Shown here piece by piece: positions 7,782-16,101 of a stretch of DNA of 32,000 bases (the first letter of the stretch is position 1; every line of letters starts with the position of its first letter). The position numbers were made by a program, and so were the translations under genes. This DNA is from Halalkalibacterium halodurans. Its GTDB lineage: Bacteria; Bacillota; Bacilli; Bacillales; Bacillaceae_D. The notes under the pieces are model-generated. The model saw only the letters and a list, made by a program, of their open reading frames with translations. It had not been told where the DNA came from and searched no databases. The stretch spans positions 103,051 to 135,050 of the forward strand of contig NZ_SNUY01000002.1 in the NCBI RefSeq assembly GCF_004376175.1, in the 5' to 3' direction.

Positions 7782-9802
7782 CCGCAGGAAAACGATTGTA
7801 TCAATATGCATTAACGAGTAAAAAGACAATTTTGTTTGCGTTGGCTTTGTTAACGGTCAGCGTGGCGGCTGGATTAACAGGTCCATTTATTGCGATGACT
7901 ATCATTGACCGTCATATTACGGGTATCGAGGAGCCATGGTATGAAACGACCGAACAAGCAAAAGCCGTCGAATACAATGGGACATGGTACATTCGCGAGA
8001 CGTACATGCCAGACGATGCACCGAGAGAGCATGAGGTGCAAATTGCGCAAGTTGGCTTGACATTCGTGTTTACAGAAGAGCCGCTCCCAATGGATGGGGC
8101 GAAATCGTACAATGATGGCGTGCTCCGAGTAACAGTAGGAGATGACATGTATGAGACGGAAGCAGTGCCGCTTACGACTCAAGAGGTTATGGCATTTTTT
8201 ACACCAGAAATTCGCCCGATTGTCCAGTTGCTGTTGTTTTATTTTGGGCTGATGGTTGTCGCATCCTTCTTTCAATACGGTCAACGCTTTTACTTGCAAA
8301 AGGCCGCCAATCGTATCATTCAACGGTTGCGGATCGATCTGTTTAATCATTTGTCGCGTCTTCCTGTACGCTTTTTTGACAACATGCCAGCAGGGAAGGT
8401 CGTCTCACGAATTACCAATGACACGGAAGCCATTCGGGAGCTCTATGTCGCAGTTTTAGCTAATTTTTTTACGAGTATTATTTACATGATTGGGATCTAT
8501 ATTGCGATGTTTTTGTTAGACGTTCGCCTTGCCTTCATTTGTCTCGGCTTAATCCCGATTCTTGTGTTGTGGATTGTGCTTTACCGAAAGTACGCATCGG
8601 CGATCAATCATCGAATTCGCTCGAAAATTAGTGAAATCAATGCATCCATGAACGAAAACATTCAAGGGATGAGCATCATACAAGCGTTTGTTCGGGAAAA
8701 AGATTCTGCTGACACGTTTGATCGTCTGAATGACTCTCATTACCGTGACCAAGTGAAGCTGCTACGCTTGAATGCCCTTACCGGTCATAACCTTTCATGG
8801 GTGTTACGAAACCTCGTATTCGTTGGACTTATTTGGTCGATCGCTGGAACGTCGCTAGGTGCTGGTAGTGCGCTAACACTTGGTGTTCTCTATGCATTTG
8901 TCGATTATGTGAACCGACTGTTTGAGCCAGTTAATCGAATCGTCCATCAACTGCCGAACCTTGAGCAAGCGCGAGTGGCCGGGGAGCGAGTATTTGAGTT
9001 AATGGATAAAGAGGGGACAGAGGTGAGCGATGAAACGATTCCTCGTCCTAAAGGAGATGTCGTGTTCGACAATGTTAGCTTTGCGTATAAAGAGAACGAG
9101 AAGGTTTTGAAAAACTTAACGTTCCATGCCAAGCCTGGGCAAACGATTGGTTTAGTCGGTCATACAGGTTCAGGAAAAAGCTCGATCATGAATTTGCTCT
9201 TCCGTTTTTACGATTGCGATGAGGGGCAAATTCGGATTGATGGGCAAGACATTAAGGAGATCTCGCCACAGGCCTTGCGTCAGCATATGGGAATTGTGCT
9301 TCAAGAGCCGTATTTATTTACAGGAACGGTCGCATCGAACCTATCGTTGTCCAATCCTGCTATTACGCGAGAGGCGATGGAGGAAGCGCTACGATTAGTA
9401 GACGGAGAGCATGTATTTGCCGATTTGGAGCAAGGGTTAGATGAAGAAGTGAAAGAAAAAGGAAGCACCCTCTCCAGCGGTCAGCGCCAGTTGATTAGCT
9501 TCGCTCGTGCCCTTGTGGCAGACCCAGCCATTTTAGTGTTGGATGAGGCGACTTCCAATATTGACTCAGAGACGGAGGCGATTATTCAGCGCGGGCTGGA
9601 GGCGCTAAAGCGCGGCAGAACGACATTTGTCATTGCCCATCGACTATCAACGATCAAAAATGCGGATCAAATCCTCGTTCTTGATAAAGGAAAGATCATT
9701 GAGTCAGGGACTCATGATGAACTAATGGAGCGAGACGGTGCTTATGCGCAAATGTATCATTTGCAAAACCAAGAGAGGAGTGCTGCAAGTACAGCCGGTT
9801 AA
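7778..9802 (+). CDS. bmrD: Heterodimeric multidrug ABC exporter subunit BmrD (YheH)
   Basis: 674 aa. The start forms an ATGA overlap with the bmrC stop, and a GGAGGGGG SD is present. A long (~100 aa) extracytoplasmic insertion follows TM1, typical of YheH. The NBD has GHTGSGKSS, LSSGQRQ and ILVLDEATS. Confidence 0.85.
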   Translation: MTAGKRLYQYALTSKKTILFALALLTVSVAAGLTGPFIAMTIIDRHITGIEEPWYETTEQAKAVEYNGTWYIRETYMPDDAPREHEVQIAQVGLTFVFTEEPLPMDGAKSYNDGVLRVTVGDDMYETEAVPLTTQEVMAFFTPEIRPIVQLLLFYFGLMVVASFFQYGQRFYLQKAANRIIQRLRIDLFNHLSRLPVRFFDNMPAGKVVSRITNDTEAIRELYVAVLANFFTSIIYMIGIYIAMFLLDVRLAFICLGLIPILVLWIVLYRKYASAINHRIRSKISEINASMNENIQGMSIIQAFVREKDSADTFDRLNDSHYRDQVKLLRLNALTGHNLSWVLRNLVFVGLIWSIAGTSLGAGSALTLGVLYAFVDYVNRLFEPVNRIVHQLPNLEQARVAGERVFELMDKEGTEVSDETIPRPKGDVVFDNVSFAYKENEKVLKNLTFHAKPGQTIGLVGHTGSGKSSIMNLLFRFYDCDEGQIRIDGQDIKEISPQALRQHMGIVLQEPYLFTGTVASNLSLSNPAITREAMEEALRLVDGEHVFADLEQGLDEEVKEKGSTLSSGQRQLISFARALVADPAILVLDEATSNIDSETEAIIQRGLEALKRGRTTFVIAHRLSTIKNADQILVLDKGKIIESGTHDELMERDGAYAQMYHLQNQERSAASTAG

Positions 9803-9810
9803 TGACATGT

Positions 9811-9840
9811 AAGGGTGTCCCGTGATGGGGCACCCTTTTT
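9811..9840 (+). terminator. Intrinsic terminator of bmrCD
   Basis: AAGGGTGTCCC-GTGAT-GGGGCACCCTT followed by TTTTT, 9 nt after the stop codon. Confidence 0.8.
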
Positions 9841-9920
9841 GTACTATAAATCTTTAACAGGTGATTGTAACCAATATAAGAAAAGAAAGAATAAGCGAGT
9901 GGGATTTTTGGTATGGTTTT

Positions 9921-10121
9921 TCACCTCCCCATAAACCAAGCTTTCGTATAGTCGAGCCATCCGTATGAATTTAAGTGAACATCCTGCAATGTTGGTGGAT
10001 GGTATGCATATTGGCGTAGCCGATAAAGGGGAAGAAGAACGACCTCATCTAATAGTCTTTTTTCCACGGCTTGAACGTGGTTAAGTAACACGGTGCGGGG
10101 GCTTGACAGTTGATTAAGCAA
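9921..10121 (-). pseudogene. Probable remnant: C-terminal ~66 aa of a family-5 solute-binding / SgrR-like protein
   Basis: The translation ...VVLLPLYRLRQYAYHPPTLQDVHLNSYGWLDYTKAWF resembles the conserved C-terminus of SBP_bac_5 proteins. There is no SD and no N-terminal part. The upstream space is occupied by another gene. Confidence 0.3.
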
Positions 10122-10150
10122 GACCGAGACAGAAACTTTTGCTCGGTCTT

Positions 10151-10330
10151 TTAGCGGTGGAACAATAATAGTTTTCCGGAACGGATCATGCGGTGGGTGT
10201 GCTCCTCATACCCGTGTTCCTTTAGTTTTAGCTCACCTAACTCTTTTGCTTCAGCATCAGATGAAGCTTCAAGTTGTTCATCAAGAAGTTTTTCTCCTGT
10301 TGGATCATACACGGTTAGAAAGTAATTCAT
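10151..10330 (-). CDS. 59-aa conserved small protein (YhzD-like, tentative)
   Basis: Missed by the 60-aa ORF cutoff. ATG 10330 is preceded by AAGGGAGGG at 6 nt spacing. It encodes MNYFLTVYDPTGEKLLDEQLEASSDAEAKELGELKLKEHGYEEHTHRMIRSGKLLLFHR*. A hairpin, AGACCGAG...CTCGGTCT (10121-10149), lies just downstream of the stop codon. Confidence 0.55.
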   Translation of the reverse strand: MNYFLTVYDPTGEKLLDEQLEASSDAEAKELGELKLKEHGYEEHTHRMIRSGKLLLFHR

Positions 10331-10477
10331 GTGAAAGCCCTCCCTTGATTTTAGTGTAAAAGGAATCGCTTATATAATCAAGAAAAACGTATTTTTCACT
10401 TTTGGGATTGCAAAAAAGAATCTTTTGTTATACTGTGTATATAGATATTAACACATAAACAGTGAGGAGGATTGGGC

Positions 10478-11227
10478 ATGAACGAACGTGAAGTACTTAA
10501 ACGATTGGTCATGTTTGAGTTAAAAGCAACACCACTGCGTCGATATTTAATGGCTGCTGCTCTTATGGCACTGGCGATCTATTTTGGATCTGAAATGATG
10601 TCATTCTATATGGACGGTCAAGTTTCAATTGGAATTGTCACCTTTTTTGATTGCATTTTTTTGTTTGTCCTTGTCTATACACCATATGTATTCCGACATA
10701 GGCCATTTCAAGTCCAAGAGCTGAAAGGAAACCTCTATGTTTCTCCTTTCTTTATCTTTCTTAAACAAACACCTCTATCGGAAAAGGTGTTAATTAAAAG
10801 TTGGTTTTTTCTTCACTATCTCTTCTATATTTCGGGTACGGTGCTGATATTAAGCGGGATCTATCTATTTTCCGATGGGCTTAGACAGGCGGTGCCGATT
10901 GGTCAATTTCCGTTTTATCTTATTTCTTTTCTAGCGCTCGGGATGATCATGAGCGGCATGTTTCCAGCAGCAGAGCCTGGTGCTCTTTATCGAAATAAGC
11001 TCGTCATCTGGCTCTATGTAGTTCTCATTTACGGGGGAGCTATTGCGTTTCTAACATTGTTTTCACGGCTGACGGATGGGAATGGCTTTATCCACTTTAT
11101 CGTTCATCTGAGTGTAGCTTATCCGCTTGTGACGGCAACGGGGGCTGTGATCTTAGTAGTATTATGCCATCAATTGTGGAAACTTGAGTTAAGACGGTTA
11201 GGGAGAAAAGTTGATTATCATGTGTAG
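10478..11227 (+). CDS. Polytopic membrane protein, likely permease partner of the downstream YtrA-ABC module
   Basis: 249 aa from ATG 10478, with a GGAGG SD 6-7 nt upstream. It has about 6-7 hydrophobic segments and no recognisable catalytic motif. Confidence 0.7.
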   Translation: MNEREVLKRLVMFELKATPLRRYLMAAALMALAIYFGSEMMSFYMDGQVSIGIVTFFDCIFLFVLVYTPYVFRHRPFQVQELKGNLYVSPFFIFLKQTPLSEKVLIKSWFFLHYLFYISGTVLILSGIYLFSDGLRQAVPIGQFPFYLISFLALGMIMSGMFPAAEPGALYRNKLVIWLYVVLIYGGAIAFLTLFSRLTDGNGFIHFIVHLSVAYPLVTATGAVILVVLCHQLWKLELRRLGRKVDYHV

Positions 11228-11279
11228 TTCGTGAATGGCTCGAAAAACAACTTAAACCGCTGAAGAGAGGGGGAGTGAA

Positions 11280-11687
11280 GTGAAGCTTCCTATTAAAATT
11301 GAACAAAACAGTCGGTCGCCAATCTATCATCAAATCGAAGAGCAAATTAAAGCATTAATCGTTTCAGGTCATTTAAATGAAGGGGATCCCCTTCCGTCGA
11401 TCCGGGCATTGGCAAAGGAAACGGCATGTAGTGTCATTACGACAAGGCGAGCGTATCAAAACTTGGAACAGGAAGGGTACATCCGAACAACTCAAGGGAA
11501 AGGGACGTTTGTTGCAAAGGTTGGAGATGAAATAAAAGAACAGACAAAGTTCTCCACTGTCTATCATACACTTTCAATGGCAATTGAAACGGGGAGGCGT
11601 CATGATTACTCATTCGAGCAGTTGTTAGACATGGTGCATACGATCATTCAGCAACAAAAAGAAAAAGAAGGGAGAGGGGAAGAATGA
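11280..11687 (+). CDS. GntR-family transcriptional regulator, YtrA subfamily
   Basis: 135 aa with an N-terminal GntR wHTH (PIYHQIEEQIKALIVSGHLNEGDPLPSIRALAKETACSVITTRRAYQNLEQEGYIRTTQGKGTFVA). The short C-terminal tail is typical of YtrA-type regulators. A GAGGGGGAG SD is present. Confidence 0.85.
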   Translation: MKLPIKIEQNSRSPIYHQIEEQIKALIVSGHLNEGDPLPSIRALAKETACSVITTRRAYQNLEQEGYIRTTQGKGTFVAKVGDEIKEQTKFSTVYHTLSMAIETGRRHDYSFEQLLDMVHTIIQQQKEKEGRGEE

Positions 11688-12382
11688 CATGGGGTTGCCA
11701 TCACTTAATCAAAAAAGTGGACGCTTCTTTTAGCCTTGGTCCGATTTCCTTTACGCTTGAACCAGGGACGGTGACGGCGCTTGTTGGCGATAACGGTTCA
11801 GGGAAATCAACGTTTTTCCGCCTGTGGATGGATCTTATCAAAGCCAATCATGGAACGTGGGAGCGGAAGGAAGGTTGGAAGGAGGATACAGCTTATGTCC
11901 CGCAACAGCTAATTGGCATTGAGGCGTTTACACTTGAGGAGTTAGCTTATCTTTATGAAGGGGTGTATGTTAAATGGGATCAGAAAACATTTGAGCGGCT
12001 TGTGGAAAGCTTTTCTTTACTGATGAAAAAACCGCTTCATTCCCTTTCTGTCGGAATGCAAAAGAAAGCCCTATTTAGTATGGCCATTGCTCGAAAGCCA
12101 AACCTATTTCTCCTTGATGAACCATTTGCAGGAGTGGATATGGATGGACAAGAGCAAATGAAGGATGAATTGATTCGTTATTTAACCGGACATGAGCAAG
12201 CGACTGTGCTTTTCGCTACTCATTCTGCGCAAGAAGTGAAAGAATTAGCAGATTACTTGTTGGTGCTTCATCAAGGTCAAATGCTCGGTTTCTATGAAAA
12301 GGACCGGCTATTATCTTCATGGGGGCGCTTCTGGCTTGAAGGAAATGCATCATTAAAAATGAGGAAAACGTCGTATCTATGA
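11684..12382 (+). CDS. ABC transporter ATP-binding protein (apparently truncated by frameshift)
   Basis: Walker A GDNGSGKST, signature-like LSVGMQKK, Walker B LFLLDEPFAGVD and H-loop ATHS. The start overlaps the stop of the GntR gene. The C-terminal regulatory domain continues in another frame (see 12379-12537). Confidence 0.85.
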   Translation: MTWGCHHLIKKVDASFSLGPISFTLEPGTVTALVGDNGSGKSTFFRLWMDLIKANHGTWERKEGWKEDTAYVPQQLIGIEAFTLEELAYLYEGVYVKWDQKTFERLVESFSLLMKKPLHSLSVGMQKKALFSMAIARKPNLFLLDEPFAGVDMDGQEQMKDELIRYLTGHEQATVLFATHSAQEVKELADYLLVLHQGQMLGFYEKDRLLSSWGRFWLEGNASLKMRKTSYL

Positions 12383-12537
12383 AAATAGCAGGTACGAGAA
12401 TAGAAATAATAACGAGCGATGCTCTTCGTTTTGAGGAACAAATAGCAGCTGCTGCTCTTGAGAAAGTGGAGACACAACCGCTCGAGCTACACGAAATTGT
12501 TCGCTTGCTGAAAAAAAGAAACGTATCTGTGTCCTAG
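12379..12537 (+). CDS. 52-aa ORF: displaced C-terminal domain of the preceding ABC ATPase
   Basis: Forms an ATGA overlap with the ATPase stop. It encodes MKIAGTRIEIITSDALRFEEQIAAAALEKVETQPLELHEIVRLLKKRNVSVS*, which looks like the usual C-terminal domain of ABC-2-type ATPases. Its frame is open back to 12340. Confidence 0.4.
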   Translation: MKIAGTRIEIITSDALRFEEQIAAAALEKVETQPLELHEIVRLLKKRNVSVS

Positions 12538-12567
12538 TTCGTATTGAAAGAAAAAAGGAGAATGCTA

Positions 12568-13467
12568 ATGAGTTTAACAATTGATGGGGTAACCAAAAAG
12601 TTTGGCACCTTTACGGCCGTGAATAATTTACACGTGTCTGTTCCAAAGGGAGAGATGTTCGGAATGCTCGGAGCAAACGGTGCCGGTAAGACGACAACGT
12701 TTCGTATGATTCTTGGGTTGCTTGAACCGACAGAAGGAACGATTCATTGGCGAGAACAACCTTTAACTTATAAACGGACGAACTGCATCGGCTATTTACC
12801 TGAAGAGCGAGGATTATATCCAAAGCTTACCGTCAAAGAGCAACTCAAGTACCTTGGACGGCTAAAAGGGATGAAAACTCAAGACATTCAAAAAGAAATG
12901 AAAATGTGGTTGGAGCGGTTTGAAGTACCTGAATATGAACATAAACGAGTCGAACAGCTTTCAAAAGGTAATCAACAAAAAATTCAATTCATTGCGTCTG
13001 TCCTTCATCGGCCAGAGTTACTCATTTTAGATGAACCGTTCTCTGGATTGGATCCTGTCAATGTAGAACTACTGAAAAAAGCCGTCATTGACTTGAAAAA
13101 AGAAGGAACGACAATTTTATTCTCGAGTCATCGAATGGAGCACGTGGAGGAATTGTGCCAGCATCTATGCATTTTGCATCGGGGTTCACCAGTCGTCGAA
13201 GGAAATTTGAAGAATATCAAAAGAAGCTTTGGTAAGAAAAACGTTATCATTCAAGGGGAGTTTGCGCTTGAACCCCTCGTCGACATTCCAGGTGTCCTAC
13301 GCCATCAAGAGACAAGTGCAGGTGCAAAATTTCAGATAGCAAATGAAGAAACAGCAAAGCTTCTTTTTCAAGCAGTAGCGACAGCAGGGTTCGTGCAAAA
13401 ATTCGAATTAGAGGAACCGAGCCTGCATGACATTTTTGTAGAGAAGGTAGGGACGCGATATGAATAA
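12568..13467 (+). CDS. ABC transporter ATP-binding protein, NatA/YhaQ-like
   Basis: Walker A GANGAGKTT, signature LSKGNQQK, Walker B LLILDEPFSGLD and H-loop SSHRM. An AAGGAG SD lies 7 nt before ATG 12568. The listed TTG 12544 is probably upstream of the real start. Confidence 0.9.
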   Translation: MSLTIDGVTKKFGTFTAVNNLHVSVPKGEMFGMLGANGAGKTTTFRMILGLLEPTEGTIHWREQPLTYKRTNCIGYLPEERGLYPKLTVKEQLKYLGRLKGMKTQDIQKEMKMWLERFEVPEYEHKRVEQLSKGNQQKIQFIASVLHRPELLILDEPFSGLDPVNVELLKKAVIDLKKEGTTILFSSHRMEHVEELCQHLCILHRGSPVVEGNLKNIKRSFGKKNVIIQGEFALEPLVDIPGVLRHQETSAGAKFQIANEETAKLLFQAVATAGFVQKFELEEPSLHDIFVEKVGTRYE

Positions 13468-14737
13468 TTTTTGGACGGTCGTTGGCCATTCCTATATGAA
13501 CAAAGTGAAATCAAAAGTATTCGTCATCTCGACAGCGGTTACCCTCACCTTCGTGCTCTTGTTTGCCAATGTGGACTTGATTATCAATCTGTTTGAAGCG
13601 GGAGAGTCGAAGGAGCCAGCACATGTTGCTATCCTTGACGAAACGGGCGAATGGTATCCGGCGATTGCAGAGGTGCTGGACAGAGAACAATCAGCTATTG
13701 TGCTGACCTCTTTTACAGAGTCCGAGAAGGAGGGGCAAGAAGCTGTATCTTCTGGTCAGTTTGACGGAATGCTTGTGCTGAGGGAAGGGGCAGATGTACC
13801 GGAGGCAACATATTATTATCAGTCGGTTAATCAAGCCGTAACGGCCGAACTTCAGCATGGAATGCAAACAGTGAAAGAAGCACAGGCAACGGCTGATCTC
13901 GGTCTGTCTGACGAACAACTCCAGCAAATCTACGCCCCTGTTTCATTTACGACAGAACCTGTAGAGGAAGGGGAAGGTGCTGTTAAAACCGAAGAAGAGG
14001 TTGCTCAGGCTTCATTCCTTGTAGTGATCTTATTATTCGTTATCTATTTTTCAGTGATCATGTATTGCAGTATGATCGCCACCGAAGTGGCAACGGAAAA
14101 ATCCTCCCGAGTGATGGAAATTTTGATTTCAAGTGTATCCCCTGTTACCCATATGTTCGGGAAAATTGTCGGTATTGCTCTTGTGGCACTCAGTCAATTT
14201 TTTCTCATTGTACTCATAGGAGGAGTGAATGCACTTCTTCGGATGTCAGCTGGAACAGGAGAAGGGTTAGGGGTGGTGAGTGATTTCGTATCGTTAGACG
14301 CATTACCTGTCGGACTAATGATGTACGCACTATTGTTTTACATTTTAAGCTACTTTTTATTTGCTACTCTTGCAGCCATGCTCGGTTCCATCGTCAGTCG
14401 CATTGAAGATGTAAACTCAGCGGTAGGCCCGATTAATTTCCTCGTCATCGTTGCGTTTTTTATCGCTATGTTTGGTATGAATGCACCAGAGTCATCGTTT
14501 GTCACGGTTACGTCATTCGTCCCGTTTTTCACACCGATGATTATGTTTTTGCGGGTGGGAATGCTTGATGTCCCGTTATGGGAAGTCGCCCTATCCATTG
14601 CCCTTTTAGTAGGAACGATCGGATTGTTTGCAATACTAGCTGCCCGTGTCTATCGAGGAGGGGTGCTATTATATGGGAATAGCTCTTCGTGGAAACATAT
14701 AAAAACGGCGCTTGCTCTATCAAAACGAGAAAGATAG
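13460..14737 (+). CDS. ABC-2 type permease, NatB/YhaP-like
   Basis: 425 aa, overlapping the ATPase stop by 8 nt. It has an N-terminal TM, a large acidic extracytoplasmic loop and a C-terminal cluster of about 5 TM, which is the NatB architecture. Confidence 0.85.
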   Translation: MNNFWTVVGHSYMNKVKSKVFVISTAVTLTFVLLFANVDLIINLFEAGESKEPAHVAILDETGEWYPAIAEVLDREQSAIVLTSFTESEKEGQEAVSSGQFDGMLVLREGADVPEATYYYQSVNQAVTAELQHGMQTVKEAQATADLGLSDEQLQQIYAPVSFTTEPVEEGEGAVKTEEEVAQASFLVVILLFVIYFSVIMYCSMIATEVATEKSSRVMEILISSVSPVTHMFGKIVGIALVALSQFFLIVLIGGVNALLRMSAGTGEGLGVVSDFVSLDALPVGLMMYALLFYILSYFLFATLAAMLGSIVSRIEDVNSAVGPINFLVIVAFFIAMFGMNAPESSFVTVTSFVPFFTPMIMFLRVGMLDVPLWEVALSIALLVGTIGLFAILAARVYRGGVLLYGNSSSWKHIKTALALSKRER

Positions 14738-14768
14738 GCATCTAGTGGAAAAAGTTCAAAAATCATTT

Positions 14769-14796
14769 TTGAAACTGCCATAGAGTGTGGTATGAT
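14769..14796 (+). promoter_or_regulatory. Candidate sigma-A promoter of mifM-yidC2
   Basis: TTGAAA (14769-14774), a 16-nt spacer, then TATGAT (14791-14796) with an extended -10 TG at 14788-14789. Confidence 0.45.
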
Positions 14797-14825
14797 GAAA
14801 ATACTTTGTGATAGAAAGGAGGCGA

Positions 14826-15101
14826 ATGAGCGTGCTTGACGTCCTTTCAGAAATGGTGGCACTATCGTTGACAATTGCCCTAGCGGTAATGGTGATTACG
14901 GCTTTTACACCACTTTACTTTCGCACTGTAGATCGGCCATTTCGGTTAAATTGGCAGCGGAAGCAATTGGATTCGACGCATATGTCAAGTGATGTGTCCG
15001 CGTTCATTCGTCCTTTATCGGTTGTTCATCATCCGAAGGTTCACTCGATTAAGGATAAATCGTCAGCAGATGAAGAGGCTCCTTCTTTTATACTCGCTTG
15101 A
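14826..15101 (+). CDS. mifM: MifM-like membrane-insertion monitor / ribosome-arrest leader protein
   Basis: 91 aa from ATG 14826, with an AAAGGAGG SD. It has one N-terminal TM ([22 protein letters not shown]). The C-terminus ...[16 protein letters not shown] carries an acidic DEE cluster like the B. subtilis MifM arrest region. It lies immediately upstream of a YidC paralogue, and its 3' end pairs with the yidC2 SD. Confidence 0.7.
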   Translation: MSVLDVLSEMVALSLTIALAVMVITAFTPLYFRTVDRPFRLNWQRKQLDSTHMSSDVSAFIRPLSVVHHPKVHSIKDKSSADEEAPSFILA

Positions 15102-15136
15102 CAGAAAAAAGAACAACATCGGCTTAAAAGAAGGAG
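15079..15136 (+). promoter_or_regulatory. SD-sequestering stem-loop controlling yidC2 translation
   Basis: CTCCTTCTTTTA (15079-15090, the last mifM codons) is perfectly complementary to TAAAAGAAGGAG (15125-15136, which contains the yidC2 SD). The stem is 12 bp with a 34-nt loop. Confidence 0.75.
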
Positions 15137-15150
15137 GATATTTGAATTAT

Positions 15151-15984
15151 ATGAAACGTCGTTTATTACTTTTCGCAGGGATTTTACTATTGGTAGCTTT
15201 AGCAGGTTGTAGTACAACGGATCCAATTACATCAGAATCGGAAGGAATTTGGAACCACTTTTTCGTATATCCGATGTCATGGCTAATTACAACGGTGGCG
15301 AACTTGCTAAACGGTAGCTACGGGCTTTCCATTATCATTGTCACCATCTTGATTCGTTTAGCTCTTTTACCTTTAACGTTAAAGCAGCAAAAAAGCATGC
15401 GTGCCATGCAAGTGATTCGCCCTGAAATGGAAGCCATTCAGAAAAAATATAAAGAGAAGGGATCAAAAGATCCGAAAGTACAGCAAGAAATGCAAAAGGA
15501 ACTTCTTGGATTATATCAAAAGCATGGGGTAAACCCGATGGCAGGGTGTCTGCCTCTCTTTATCCAATTACCAATTCTCATGGCGTTCTATTTTGCGATT
15601 ATGAGAACAGAGGAGATTCGTTATCATACGTTTTTATGGTTTGATCTAGGACAACCTGACTACATTTTGCCTTTTGTTGCTGGGATCACAACGTATTTTC
15701 AGTTTAAAATGACGATGAGCCATCAGCAACAGATGCAAAAGACGAATCCGTCCGATTCCGATAACCCAATGGCGAACATGATGCAAATGCAGATGAAAGT
15801 GATGCTTTATGTAATGCCGGTTATGATCATCATCGCGGGGCTATCCCTTCCATCGGCTCTTTCCCTATACTGGGTGATCGGGAACATCTTTATGATTATT
15901 CAAACGTACTTTATCGTCGTTAAAGCACCACCGTTAGAAGTCGAACAAACCAAGCAAAAATCATCGAAACCTAACAAAGCTTAA
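15151..15984 (+). CDS. yidC2: Membrane protein insertase YidC2 (YqjG-type lipoprotein)
   Basis: 277 aa from ATG 15151. It has a lipoprotein signal [20 protein letters not shown], conserved YidC/Oxa1 core segments ([32 protein letters not shown]) and a basic C-terminal tail. The listed 14989 start is an upstream extension that overlaps mifM. Confidence 0.9.
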
Positions 15985-16007
15985 GGCCTGTGCCTTAAGC
16001 TTTTTTT
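15976..16007 (+). terminator. Intrinsic terminator of yidC2
   Basis: AAAGCTTAAGGC-CTGT-GCCTTAAGCTTT forms a 12-bp stem followed by a T-run. It overlaps the stop codon. Confidence 0.85.
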
Positions 16008-16101
16008 ATGAATGATCGGATGGTTGTTAGATGAAATAGTCATTCACCTATAGGTATGAGGATGAATAGCATAGAAAGAAAAAGAAGAGGAGGATGATGT
16101 C

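Noticed and set aside
7874-8350. 158-aa antisense ORF (and 7912-8148) inside bmrD.
   Set aside because: It lies entirely within a well-supported ABC exporter gene on the opposite strand. It has no SD, and its composition is typical of a shadow frame.
14989-15150. Upstream extension of the yidC ORF (listed start 14989).
   Set aside because: The extension overlaps mifM in another frame and lacks an SD. ATG 15151 has a strong SD and begins a canonical lipoprotein signal peptide.
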